A stretch of 64,000 nucleotides of DNA, taken from IMG/VR virus record IMGVR_UViG_3300046355_000213, positions 32,001 to 96,000 of that record; one strand, 5' to 3'. Position 1 is the stretch's first letter, and every line of letters starts with the position of its first letter. This document shows, piece by piece, positions 27,874 through 37,182 of this stretch. Below the pieces are notes generated by a model. That model worked only from the letters and a program-made list of their open reading frames with translations. It was not told the origin of the DNA and did not search any database. Source of the DNA: a virus. Both the position numbers and the translations under genes were made by a program.

Positions 27874-30732
27874 CTACTGAATTAAACTTTCATAACTCGC
27901 AGTAGGACTAATAAAATTACCAGAAGCACCTGGCTTTTGCAATGACTGTTGATTACCTGTGTAAATCTGGTACATCATCTGCTCCAGTTGTCTTTGTACA
28001 GAAGTGATGGAGTTATTAAGGGCAGGGTATAAAGTCTTTTGCTTTGGAATGCCTTTCTCCATGTAATTGAAAGTGACAATGTATTGCTGGGCTGCGGGAT
28101 CTTTAAGTACCGTGTAGTCAAAGCCAAACTTCTTCACAGCTGCAGGAGCTTTGAGCATCTGGTTTTTATCAAAGCCTAGATCACTCATGCCTGGCAAGTC
28201 AAAGTCCTGGTTGAAGCCTTCTATCTGTGCCTGGTCAACCGCCATCTCAAGACCGTTGTTAAGGGTACGTATGGTTTTTGACCAATCATCACTGGCAAAT
28301 CTCTTCTCACCCAATAGCTTTTTCACTTCGTCCATGTTGTAGATAAGCTTTACAGACGGCTTGCCATTGACACCTACTTTAGTAAGTCTTACTTTATCAA
28401 TGAAGTTGTCAATGTTGCCACGGGTAAGGTCCATTAATTCTTTGATCTTCTCACGGTCAGCTCCCAACTCTTCCAGTTGCTTGATGTTGATAGGGTAACC
28501 TACCCCATCTTTATCTACAATCTGGTTAGGCATGTTAGACGAACTCATAGCTTGTACGGCAATGTTCTGCGCCTGCTCACGGTCTTCCTTACGGTCAGTG
28601 ATCAACTCTATCTCCTGTCCCATGATAGCTCCTTCTACATTCATGTAGCGTTGCATCAAAGTAGCAGTCTTGCCTTTAGCCAGGTCATACGCTTTGTTGT
28701 ATGTCTCTTGCAGGGCATCCCAGCGGTCTTCTGCACGACTGACTGCTTCTCTGGAAGCCATACCAAAAGAAGATGCTCCAGGTATACCTTGTGCAGGCAC
28801 ATTTACCATGTTCTTGATAAAGTTCTTTACAAAAGATTCTTTGCTGGTAAATCCTAAATTAGCCTTCATGTAGTCATTGAGTGTCATCATCTGACCACCT
28901 TTCATCAAAGGTTTGAAAGCCGGGTCTTGCCCTACTTTCTTTTCTACCTCAGCATGAATCTGGGAGAGGTTCGTAAACTGTCCGGCAAGGGCAGCATGAC
29001 GCTGGATACGGTTGAACACATTGGCGTTCACTGATCCTGCTTTGGCACCGGCAGCAAGTATTTCTGTTGCCCGGTCATACATCATGTTATATAACTGGTT
29101 AGGACTGTCTCCTAACTTATAGCTCTTAGGAATAACACCTACATCCTGCAAGCGTTTGTGTTCTTTCTCCAGCTCAGGGTTTGTTAAAAACTTACCCGTT
29201 TTAATCACGCCAGATAGGTACTGCATGTAAGCAGGGGATACCATCTTATCAGGACTTTGCATACCTGCTTCTGAAATGATACTGGCCCCTGTGCTTAAAT
29301 ATTCATCAGCCGTGCGGTTGAACTGCTCAGTCATTCGCTGGTGAGCGGCAACAGGATCTGTGCCCATGATACTTTTACCTACATAGATAGGTGTATCATT
29401 AGGATTACCTGCGTCCTTCTTATTGCCGGATGAACTGGAGCCTGAACCAGAGCCCGAAGCTCCACTGCCGTAGCGTGTCTGAAACTGTGAGTCATCCTGC
29501 AACATCTTGGCCATAGTCTTTTCCATCTCAAGGTTAGCCTTGAATACCGGATCTATGTCAATCTTGTACTTGTTATTGATAGCCTGGTTGCGGGCAAAGT
29601 TTTGGATCAGTGCATTCTTGTTGGCCCTGCGGAAGAAATCTTCACCACCATTAAGCATGCTGTTATATTCATCCTGATATTCTTTAGCATCAGGCTTAGA
29701 GTACTTGTCAATATTCTCCTGTAAGGAAGAAGAAGAATTCTTGTAGCTTTCTAATTGAAGGGCTATGTTTTTACGCTCTGTCAATTCCTCAACAGTAAGT
29801 TCACCTTTAGCTTGTTTAGCCTTGAACTCTACGTCCATGGCATCAAGCTTCTTGGTCATCTCTGTAACCTGCTCATCTAGGTCTGACTTTCTTTCTGTGT
29901 AGTATCCTCTTTGCTTAGTCATGTAGCCATCAGCTACCATCTTCTTAGCAGTAGGTTCGTCATACCCTAAACCCTGGTATTGCTGTACCTGGCTGCGGTA
30001 ATCTACCACACCCTGTACACGGAACATATCATCAGCCTGGGGCATACTGGCCAGTTCATTAGCCGCCCATTCTTTAAACAAAGGCACAGCACCGTCACCA
30101 TTTGTGCGGGTGATCTTATACGCATTGTTGGGTCCTCCCTGGCTTTCTGTTTCAATCATCAGGCCCTGGTCTTTGGCACGCTTTTTCAACTCAGCCATTG
30201 TATCAAAGTAAGGAACATACTTGTTCACCTTGACTTTAGATATAGAGCCGTCACCACGCTTTGCCATAGAAAGCTCATTGGCTGACAGGGCCACATAGTT
30301 AGCACCGGTCTGCCAGTATTGTTCTCTGACCTTGGGATCATTGGATTGTGCCATAGAATCAGCACGGGTACGCTCTGCGTTGATAGCAGAGGTCTTGGAG
30401 TAGTCCATCAAAAGGTCCTGGTCTTGCCAGAATGGAGCATACACTTGTTGGGCAGCATCCACATTTTGCATCTGTGAAAAGTCAACCCCTTGTAATTTCT
30501 TTAGTTGGTCCTCGGCCTGTTTGATATAGTTGTCTCTGACCACTTGATTGTCTGACACTGACAGTGCAGCATTACGGATCAAGCTGTCTGAGGATTTAAC
30601 CTGGCTCAGTCCTTGCTCAAACATGGAAGATCTACGCTGAAGCATAGAGTTCATCATACCAAAGTCCGGTGTGTATAACGGAAGCGGTGCTATAATGTCT
30701 GAGCCTGAAGGATACGGATTAATAGATGCCAT
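27874..30732 (-). CDS. putative internal virion (cargo/ejection) protein
   Basis: 952 aa, helical and coiled-coil, Q/M/K-rich, no Cys; directly upstream of the RNAP gene as in crAss-like cargo clusters. Confidence 0.6.
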   Translation of the reverse strand: MASINPYPSGSDIIAPLPLYTPDFGMMNSMLQRRSSMFEQGLSQVKSSDSLIRNAALSVSDNQVVRDNYIKQAEDQLKKLQGVDFSQMQNVDAAQQVYAPFWQDQDLLMDYSKTSAINAERTRADSMAQSNDPKVREQYWQTGANYVALSANELSMAKRGDGSISKVKVNKYVPYFDTMAELKKRAKDQGLMIETESQGGPNNAYKITRTNGDGAVPLFKEWAANELASMPQADDMFRVQGVVDYRSQVQQYQGLGYDEPTAKKMVADGYMTKQRGYYTERKSDLDEQVTEMTKKLDAMDVEFKAKQAKGELTVEELTERKNIALQLESYKNSSSSLQENIDKYSKPDAKEYQDEYNSMLNGGEDFFRRANKNALIQNFARNQAINNKYKIDIDPVFKANLEMEKTMAKMLQDDSQFQTRYGSGASGSGSGSSSSGNKKDAGNPNDTPIYVGKSIMGTDPVAAHQRMTEQFNRTADEYLSTGASIISEAGMQSPDKMVSPAYMQYLSGVIKTGKFLTNPELEKEHKRLQDVGVIPKSYKLGDSPNQLYNMMYDRATEILAAGAKAGSVNANVFNRIQRHAALAGQFTNLSQIHAEVEKKVGQDPAFKPLMKGGQMMTLNDYMKANLGFTSKESFVKNFIKNMVNVPAQGIPGASSFGMASREAVSRAEDRWDALQETYNKAYDLAKGKTATLMQRYMNVEGAIMGQEIELITDRKEDREQAQNIAVQAMSSSNMPNQIVDKDGVGYPINIKQLEELGADREKIKELMDLTRGNIDNFIDKVRLTKVGVNGKPSVKLIYNMDEVKKLLGEKRFASDDWSKTIRTLNNGLEMAVDQAQIEGFNQDFDLPGMSDLGFDKNQMLKAPAAVKKFGFDYTVLKDPAAQQYIVTFNYMEKGIPKQKTLYPALNNSITSVQRQLEQMMYQIYTGNQQSLQKPGASGNFISPTASYESLIQ

Positions 30733-30734
30733 AG

Positions 30735-30750
30735 TACATTAATAATATAC
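30735..30750 (-). promoter_or_regulatory. putative phage late promoter (variant)
   Basis: GTATATTATTAATGTA on the - strand, 2 nt before ATG 30732. Confidence 0.6.
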
Positions 30751-30786
30751 AAAAAAAATCTGATAAGTTTAGTAAACCTGGGAAGT

Positions 30787-32757
30787 TTACTGTGTCATTC
30801 TCATGGCTGGAAACTGTCTGTTTTGCATACCGGCCATCATCTGCATGAATGGGTTCATCACAGAAGTAAAATCAGGGTAGCCATCATTGTCCTTATCAGT
30901 GGTAGTAGTACGGCCTTTTTGTTTCATCTGCTCGTCAGCCCATGCAGTTGCTTTGTCCATGGGCATTTTTAAGGTCTCCGTAGCATACTTGATCATCTCA
31001 GGATAAGTAGTTGCTGCTGCACCTGTACCTCTTGCACCACGGATCATGCTGTTGATGTCACGATTAGGATCTTTCTGTTTGGCAAATCCTGTACGGGAGT
31101 CAATCATGAAGTAAGGGTTGGTAGCATTGATGCCATCCACCATTGCACGGTTGTTCCAGGCATTGTTGTATGCTGCCAGCAATTGACTGTCAGCAGCACT
31201 TTGGTTACGGAAGTTTTCTTTCAGTGCATTGTTTGCCATCTCGTTGTACATCGTACTTGCCTGGGCACGGTTAGCCAGATACTGGTTATCCATCTGTGCA
31301 CCTTGTGTCTCATACTGATTGGCAATCATTACGTTTTGCTTATTTACCGCTCCTGCGTTGGCTTCATTGGCTGCCAGGTTTCTTCCTGCCACCTGTGATG
31401 CGCCTGCTAAGAATTGCTGTGGTCTTCCAAAGGTTCTCATACCCTGCATCTGCATGTTAGCCATCTCAGCATTCGCTGCATAGTCGCGGGTAGGGTCCAT
31501 GAATACGGCCTTTGGTTTTACATAACCAGGTGTAGCTACAAAGGGCTTGATCGTAGGAATGGTTGCTCTGGTAGCCAGGGCCTGCATACCTGCCAGCTTA
31601 TCTGGTAATAAGTAATCAGCATTAGGCATTTTATATGGAGCACCTGCTGTCCCTGGTTGTGGACCTGAAAGCATTTCCTCTTCAGACGTAGAACTAGTGT
31701 AAGGAGGGTAGCTGTTAGGTACAGGAGCCAAAGTAGGCAACTTCATCTGTACTGGGATAGGCATAGGAGCTCTTTGGATAGGGTCTACTTTTTCCATCAA
31801 ACGCGGTGCACGGAAATCATAATAACCGTCATTGAACTGTTGCTTTAACTGCTCATCGGTTAACTGATTCACTGCTTTACCAGGATACATCTTCTTGCCC
31901 TTGTTAGTTAAAGGGACATTCTTTAGATAATTCACAAACTGGTTGTTGAACTCAGGATCTTTTTGAGCACTCTGGATCATCCACTTCTGCCACTGGTCCA
32001 CATTGTTTGGACTGCCCGTATAGCCACGGTTTCCATAATAACTTGCCACGTCATTAAAACTGTCAAAAGAGTTCTCACGCATATCTTTCATGCCTGGTGT
32101 TCTCTTTCTGTAGTCCTCTGTTACCTGACCCTTAGTCTGGTACTGAGTTAAGCCGCCAAAAGCAGCTTGTGGCATAGCAGACTGTGCGATGTCTGGAATG
32201 CCTTGCGGGAAACCTTTCATGCTCTCCTGTAATAGGGCAAGCTGACCCAGCTTTTTTTGATTGTTGTCCATCATCATTTGAGCAGTCTGCTTTTTAAGCG
32301 GGTCTGCCAATGGATCATCAAGTACGCTCTTGTACTTGTTCAGGTCATATTGCTTTGCCAGTTGAGCTGGAGTGTATTTTTTCTTAGAATCTGCACTTTT
32401 ACCAAACATCTCCAGAGCGGCACCTCCAACCTTCATCTTCTTTGTGTCAGAGAATATAAAGCTGCCAGGGTTCAGGTTAAGCGGCGTACCACCTTGAGAG
32501 TGACGCTTACCGCCAATCTTCATGTGTTCCTGCATGCCGTCACCATCCAGGTCACCTACAACAGTCTCTCCTTTTTCTGCTTCCAGGTTAGCTTCTTCTC
32601 TTGGAACGGGCTGTAAGGTATCAGATACGGACTGGTAAGGACTATCCTCACGCATTTGGTTGTCTAACACCGGTTGACCTAAGTCAAGGTTGTAACCTCG
32701 CTGGCCACCATAAGCCATGTTAGGCATGTCCTTAATACGTACTCTGTATGTTTTCAT
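30787..32757 (-). CDS. putative virion cargo protein
   Basis: 656 aa. ANLEAEKGET...IGGKRHSQGGTP motif as in crAss-like cargo proteins; Q/N/A/M-rich C-terminal half; MAYGG and AAFGG motifs. Confidence 0.6.
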   Translation of the reverse strand: MKTYRVRIKDMPNMAYGGQRGYNLDLGQPVLDNQMREDSPYQSVSDTLQPVPREEANLEAEKGETVVGDLDGDGMQEHMKIGGKRHSQGGTPLNLNPGSFIFSDTKKMKVGGAALEMFGKSADSKKKYTPAQLAKQYDLNKYKSVLDDPLADPLKKQTAQMMMDNNQKKLGQLALLQESMKGFPQGIPDIAQSAMPQAAFGGLTQYQTKGQVTEDYRKRTPGMKDMRENSFDSFNDVASYYGNRGYTGSPNNVDQWQKWMIQSAQKDPEFNNQFVNYLKNVPLTNKGKKMYPGKAVNQLTDEQLKQQFNDGYYDFRAPRLMEKVDPIQRAPMPIPVQMKLPTLAPVPNSYPPYTSSTSEEEMLSGPQPGTAGAPYKMPNADYLLPDKLAGMQALATRATIPTIKPFVATPGYVKPKAVFMDPTRDYAANAEMANMQMQGMRTFGRPQQFLAGASQVAGRNLAANEANAGAVNKQNVMIANQYETQGAQMDNQYLANRAQASTMYNEMANNALKENFRNQSAADSQLLAAYNNAWNNRAMVDGINATNPYFMIDSRTGFAKQKDPNRDINSMIRGARGTGAAATTYPEMIKYATETLKMPMDKATAWADEQMKQKGRTTTTDKDNDGYPDFTSVMNPFMQMMAGMQNRQFPAMRMTQ

Positions 32758-32768
32758 AGGAATATAGT

Positions 32769-32785
32769 CTACTCTTTAATATAAC
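32769..32785 (-). promoter_or_regulatory. putative phage late promoter (degenerate)
   Basis: GTTATATTAAAGAGTAG on the - strand in the 65-nt gap before ATG 32757. Confidence 0.45.
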
Positions 32786-32822
32786 AAAATTTCTGGAGTT
32801 TAACAAGCTAAACCTAAAAGGT

Positions 32823-34268
32823 TTAAATGAACTCCACATCACCGCCCATAGCTTTGATCTGCATGATCTGGTCTGCTGTAAGCTCATACTCTCCACCTTG
32901 CTGCATCATTTCTACGTGCAGGTGATCTCCTTCATCAATGATGTCTTCAATGCCGTAGCGCTGGCGGATCTGTGGGCTCTGGCTTAAAAGGCCTTTCAGT
33001 TGATTGTAAGCCCTTCTATCAGAAGAGTTGGCACCAATGTCAATAGCTTTGTTCTGGTAATGCTTGGAGCCACTCATGTGCTTGCTGTCATTGCCGGAAG
33101 AAATCTTCAGGCCAGGAAACTGTGCACTCATGTCTGTAGCAAAAGCACTAAGACCTGCATCCAGGTTATTGATGTTTACTCCTGGCTTAGTATCCAGGCC
33201 GGTATAGTTTGCATTGGTTGTACCAAAAGCATCGCGGGTTATCTTACCCTTACCAAAGTAATCCATAGCTCCCTTAGGCCCTGCAAAATGAATCATCATT
33301 TTTATCTGGTCTACAGACTGCTTGGGATTGTACTGCTGTTTAATCTTCTGGGCATACGGCGTCAGGGTATTAGCATTCCAATAGTCAAAGTATTTTTCCT
33401 GGGCATCCGGAGTATCTAAGAAAGCTTGCTTGCTGTCTACTCCTGTTACCGTGCGGATAGTGTCTTTGTGTTGGTTCCATAAGAACTGATACTTACCCGC
33501 TGCAGAACTTGCCAGGGAACCGTCTTTCTTTTTAGGAAGGGCCCGGTAGTCGCCGCCACTCTCACGGGTAGCAATCTGCTCTTTTAATGATATAGAGGCA
33601 GATTTAAAGTTTGTCTCTGCAGGTTGAGCAGGCATACTAGGCATCTCCGGCATAGTCTGTGGCATATAGTCCATAGGGTTCACCAGGGCCGTATTACTAA
33701 ACGCATCAATAGAAGGCACCATGTACTGTTCTGTCTCAGCGTTAACTCCTCCTACCTGAAAGAACCGTCCACCATTGTACTGTCCTTCCGGAGACTTGAC
33801 ACCCATTTGATCTGGTCTGAATAAACCATAGTCAGAAGGCCCTACACCGTAGTTACCTCTATCCATGGAGTTTTCTCCTTGTTGGTTAAACTGGGCATTA
33901 CGGTTACGTAATAAGGTATCACGCTCTCTTTCAGCATCACCCTTGTTGAAAGCTGCATTGTAAAGATTAGCAGCATTATATCCTGCATTCATCACATCCA
34001 TGAAATTAACTGTCCTTTTAGGTAGGTCAATTTCAGGATTCTCCTTAGCAATACGTTGCTTTAGGTCATTGGCAAATACAGCATCTGCAGCAGCACCTGT
34101 AGGAGCCTGAGTAGGAAAAGCCTGATTTGTCATTTGAAAATCATTGCTGGCCTGATCAATCATTTCCTGGTCAGATAATTGAAACTGAAACTTGTTAGGA
34201 GTTATCTGAGGAAAAGTGTTCTGCCCTGCCAGCTGAAATTTCTTAAGCCCTGTTATACGGATCTTCAT
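32823..34268 (-). CDS. virion peptidoglycan hydrolase: lysozyme-like + peptidase M15-like domains
   Basis: IATRESGGDY...AAGKYQF (lysozyme/SLT fold) and SKHYQNKAIDI...DHLHVE (H-x6-D / HxH, LAS family). Start set at ATG 34268 (MKIRIT), just after the upstream stop. Confidence 0.75.
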   Translation of the reverse strand: MKIRITGLKKFQLAGQNTFPQITPNKFQFQLSDQEMIDQASNDFQMTNQAFPTQAPTGAAADAVFANDLKQRIAKENPEIDLPKRTVNFMDVMNAGYNAANLYNAAFNKGDAERERDTLLRNRNAQFNQQGENSMDRGNYGVGPSDYGLFRPDQMGVKSPEGQYNGGRFFQVGGVNAETEQYMVPSIDAFSNTALVNPMDYMPQTMPEMPSMPAQPAETNFKSASISLKEQIATRESGGDYRALPKKKDGSLASSAAGKYQFLWNQHKDTIRTVTGVDSKQAFLDTPDAQEKYFDYWNANTLTPYAQKIKQQYNPKQSVDQIKMMIHFAGPKGAMDYFGKGKITRDAFGTTNANYTGLDTKPGVNINNLDAGLSAFATDMSAQFPGLKISSGNDSKHMSGSKHYQNKAIDIGANSSDRRAYNQLKGLLSQSPQIRQRYGIEDIIDEGDHLHVEMMQQGGEYELTADQIMQIKAMGGDVEFI

Positions 34269-34269
34269 G

Positions 34270-37182
34270 TTATAGTACTTCAAAAGTGTAACCAAGCCTT
34301 TTTAACTCTGCCATCTGTGCAGGAGTCACTTCCATTTCATCACCTACTGAATGCTGTCCTCCATTTTTCATAGAGCCTCCGCATTCAAAGCATGGCATAC
34401 CGCCTGCTTCATAAAAGGCATTACCTGAGAATGTAGAGCCGCCGTCTTTCCATGTCTTTCTGGCAAATGCCCTGAAAAATGGATTGTTGTCTAAGTTCTT
34501 TTTATGTCTGGCATAGAAAGCTGCTTTTCTCTCTGGGTCTTTAGGATGCTGACCTAAGTTAGAATCCCCAAAATATTTGACAGTGCCATCAGGACCTGTT
34601 ACTTTATGGGTCTTTCCTTTTCTGTCATTGCTTCTGCTTACAGTGTACCCACCATTAGCCATCTGCTCCATCTGTTCCTCAGTCATCTCCTGGTTCTCCG
34701 GAGAGTACATCATGTTGTCATATACAGAACCGGCAAAGTCATCCATAAGAGTGATCTTGCTTGCCTGCCAGGGTTCCAGGTCAGAATCTGGCTTAATGAA
34801 CTTACGAAGCTTATCCAGCTTATCCATCATAGCATTGATCTGAGACAGAGCCATCTCACCATCTGGTTGACCACCATCACCCATGAACGGCATATAACCG
34901 CCGTAAGCATACCCGTAGTCATCCATCTTATCCAGGTTACCGGCAGCTGCAAAACGGGCACGAGCAATTTCTTCTGGCATTTTGCCTCCCTCTGCATATT
35001 GTGCTTTAGGTTTTTTTCCTGCAGCTTTCATTGCCATAGCAATAGCTGCTTGTTGTGCTGAACCGCCATAGGCCATGTTACTCATGATCTTTGCTTGTAC
35101 AAATTCCGGTAAAGCTTTAAAGCCAGGATTATCTGTACCGCCACCATAAGCTTTCTCAGGCGTTACATACAATGAAGTATTAGCCCCCACGTTTTTAAAG
35201 TAAGGATTATCTAAAGTCTTTTTGCGGCAGTTGATACAACCTGCACTCATGCGGTTATCAGATACTTTATTATTGTCAAATAATTTCTCCCTGTCACCTA
35301 ACAAGTGAGTAGGAATACCGTGCATGGCTACACTCACTTTTCTGTTAGGGTTTGCAGGATCCGGAAGCAAACGCTTGTTAGGATCTGTATGCTGGATGTA
35401 AAAGAAGTTATCAGACCCATAGTTTTTACCATAGTCGGTTGCACTTGTGTTACCCTTACCTGCACGGTTCATGGTATATTCACCGGAAGGTGTAGTTCTT
35501 TTCTTATAAAACACCGGTTGTTCATCACCTGCATCTTGGCCCAGCCCAACCTCATCTTGTAAAGCAAGGTTACCATTCTCATCAAAGAAATAACCACGGG
35601 CATTCTGCTTGGATACAATACCAAACTTCTTGCCTTTGTTCTTCTCTGCGTATTGATTGTAGTAGTTGTACACATCCTGAGGAAGGTCAAAAGATTGCTC
35701 TTGTACCTCATCCTCATTCATGCCAAAAGTTCTTTCAAACCAGTTACGGTTATCTACCTTGTTGTTTACACGTTGCATACCTTTAGCGGTTGCTTTAGTT
35801 TGCGTAGTAGGTACGTAGGCAGGCATAGCGGATTGAACCGCAGGAGAAGCATAGTTTATGTTTACTCGGGGTTTCTCCTGGTACTGCAGCATGTTGAGCA
35901 TTTGCTTGTTCTGCTCAGCTGTACCTTTGTAATTATTGGCAAAGTATTTATCAAATACTTTCTTACGGCTGCTAAAGTCTGCATCCATACCACGGGCCGC
36001 CATATAATCATACAAGCTGCCGCCTTTCTGCATCTCTACTTCCATACCGTACTCAGCTTTTTTCCAACCACCACCTTTGCTCTTATACCACTTAGCTGCC
36101 CATCCATTAGCGTAAGCACTTGGATACACATCATACTTTTGTCTGGCCATAGACTTAGCTCTTGACCATAAAGACGGGTTGGTAGGGACATTACCCCCTG
36201 ATTTGAATTCTTCCATGTCGTTGTACATTTCTTCACCCCCAAACTCACGTCTGCGGTGTTGGTAATTTATTTTATCACTTGATGTTTTCTCTCTGGTAAA
36301 CTTTGCCTTCTCTGCAGATGATAACTCAGAAGATGTCTTGGGTGTATCGTCATTAACTCTCTTGCTAGGCCTGCATGCCGGATAACCCTTGCGGGATTCT
36401 CCCTCTTGTCTGCCACAGTCTTTGCCTGTCTTTACATCTACCCACTTCTCTGCAAACCATCTGTCCAGACCACCGTGTTGACCACCTGATGCATTCTTTG
36501 GTAATACACCAGTTCCTTTTTTATAATTTTCACCAAACCAGGTTGCTGCAGCATCATTAGGAAACTGTATATAAGTCTTAGTAGAGTCTGCATAATCAAA
36601 TGCATCTTTGCCTAAATACTTTAAAGTACCGTTAGGCATTTGTACTACAGTTGGATATACACGACTATCACCACTTTGCATATAGTGAGTACTAGGTCCT
36701 TTTACTCCAGGTATCTGCATAGAAGGTGTATTCTTTGGATATAGTCTTTGCACCCAATTAAGATTCTTGTTAGCATTTAGTACAGAATCAACATAAGCTG
36801 TTCCACCACCTTGCATCTTAACAGAACCTCCACACTTATGACATGTCATAGGATCAGATCCACCATCAACTGCTTTCCAAGAATGACCACAACTAGAGCA
36901 AGTAACAGATCGACTTAATAGTCCACCATTCTGCATCATTGGATACTCAGTAACGTTATCTGCATCAGGAAATAGATAGTCTTGATTAGGATACATCATT
37001 TGAGCTTGTCCAATATTAGGGACCCCTAACACAGGATAACTAACACCATCCATCGTAATATTATTAGAAGGTATGTTAGTAATCTCACCAGGATGTTGCC
37101 ACTGGTTACGGGGTACTTTAGGCTTAGAAGGCTTGGACATCTTCTTTTGGATATCGGCAAGTAAACTCTTATTTAGACTCAT
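34270..37182 (-). CDS. mosaic multi-module virion protein segmented by xxxGG motifs, including an L,D-transpeptidase-like domain
   Basis: 970 aa with about 15 xxxGG motifs between unrelated mini-domains; AMHG...MSAGCIN YkuD-like motif; CxxC...CxxC knuckle. Confidence 0.7.
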   Translation of the reverse strand: MSLNKSLLADIQKKMSKPSKPKVPRNQWQHPGEITNIPSNNITMDGVSYPVLGVPNIGQAQMMYPNQDYLFPDADNVTEYPMMQNGGLLSRSVTCSSCGHSWKAVDGGSDPMTCHKCGGSVKMQGGGTAYVDSVLNANKNLNWVQRLYPKNTPSMQIPGVKGPSTHYMQSGDSRVYPTVVQMPNGTLKYLGKDAFDYADSTKTYIQFPNDAAATWFGENYKKGTGVLPKNASGGQHGGLDRWFAEKWVDVKTGKDCGRQEGESRKGYPACRPSKRVNDDTPKTSSELSSAEKAKFTREKTSSDKINYQHRRREFGGEEMYNDMEEFKSGGNVPTNPSLWSRAKSMARQKYDVYPSAYANGWAAKWYKSKGGGWKKAEYGMEVEMQKGGSLYDYMAARGMDADFSSRKKVFDKYFANNYKGTAEQNKQMLNMLQYQEKPRVNINYASPAVQSAMPAYVPTTQTKATAKGMQRVNNKVDNRNWFERTFGMNEDEVQEQSFDLPQDVYNYYNQYAEKNKGKKFGIVSKQNARGYFFDENGNLALQDEVGLGQDAGDEQPVFYKKRTTPSGEYTMNRAGKGNTSATDYGKNYGSDNFFYIQHTDPNKRLLPDPANPNRKVSVAMHGIPTHLLGDREKLFDNNKVSDNRMSAGCINCRKKTLDNPYFKNVGANTSLYVTPEKAYGGGTDNPGFKALPEFVQAKIMSNMAYGGSAQQAAIAMAMKAAGKKPKAQYAEGGKMPEEIARARFAAAGNLDKMDDYGYAYGGYMPFMGDGGQPDGEMALSQINAMMDKLDKLRKFIKPDSDLEPWQASKITLMDDFAGSVYDNMMYSPENQEMTEEQMEQMANGGYTVSRSNDRKGKTHKVTGPDGTVKYFGDSNLGQHPKDPERKAAFYARHKKNLDNNPFFRAFARKTWKDGGSTFSGNAFYEAGGMPCFECGGSMKNGGQHSVGDEMEVTPAQMAELKRLGYTFEVL

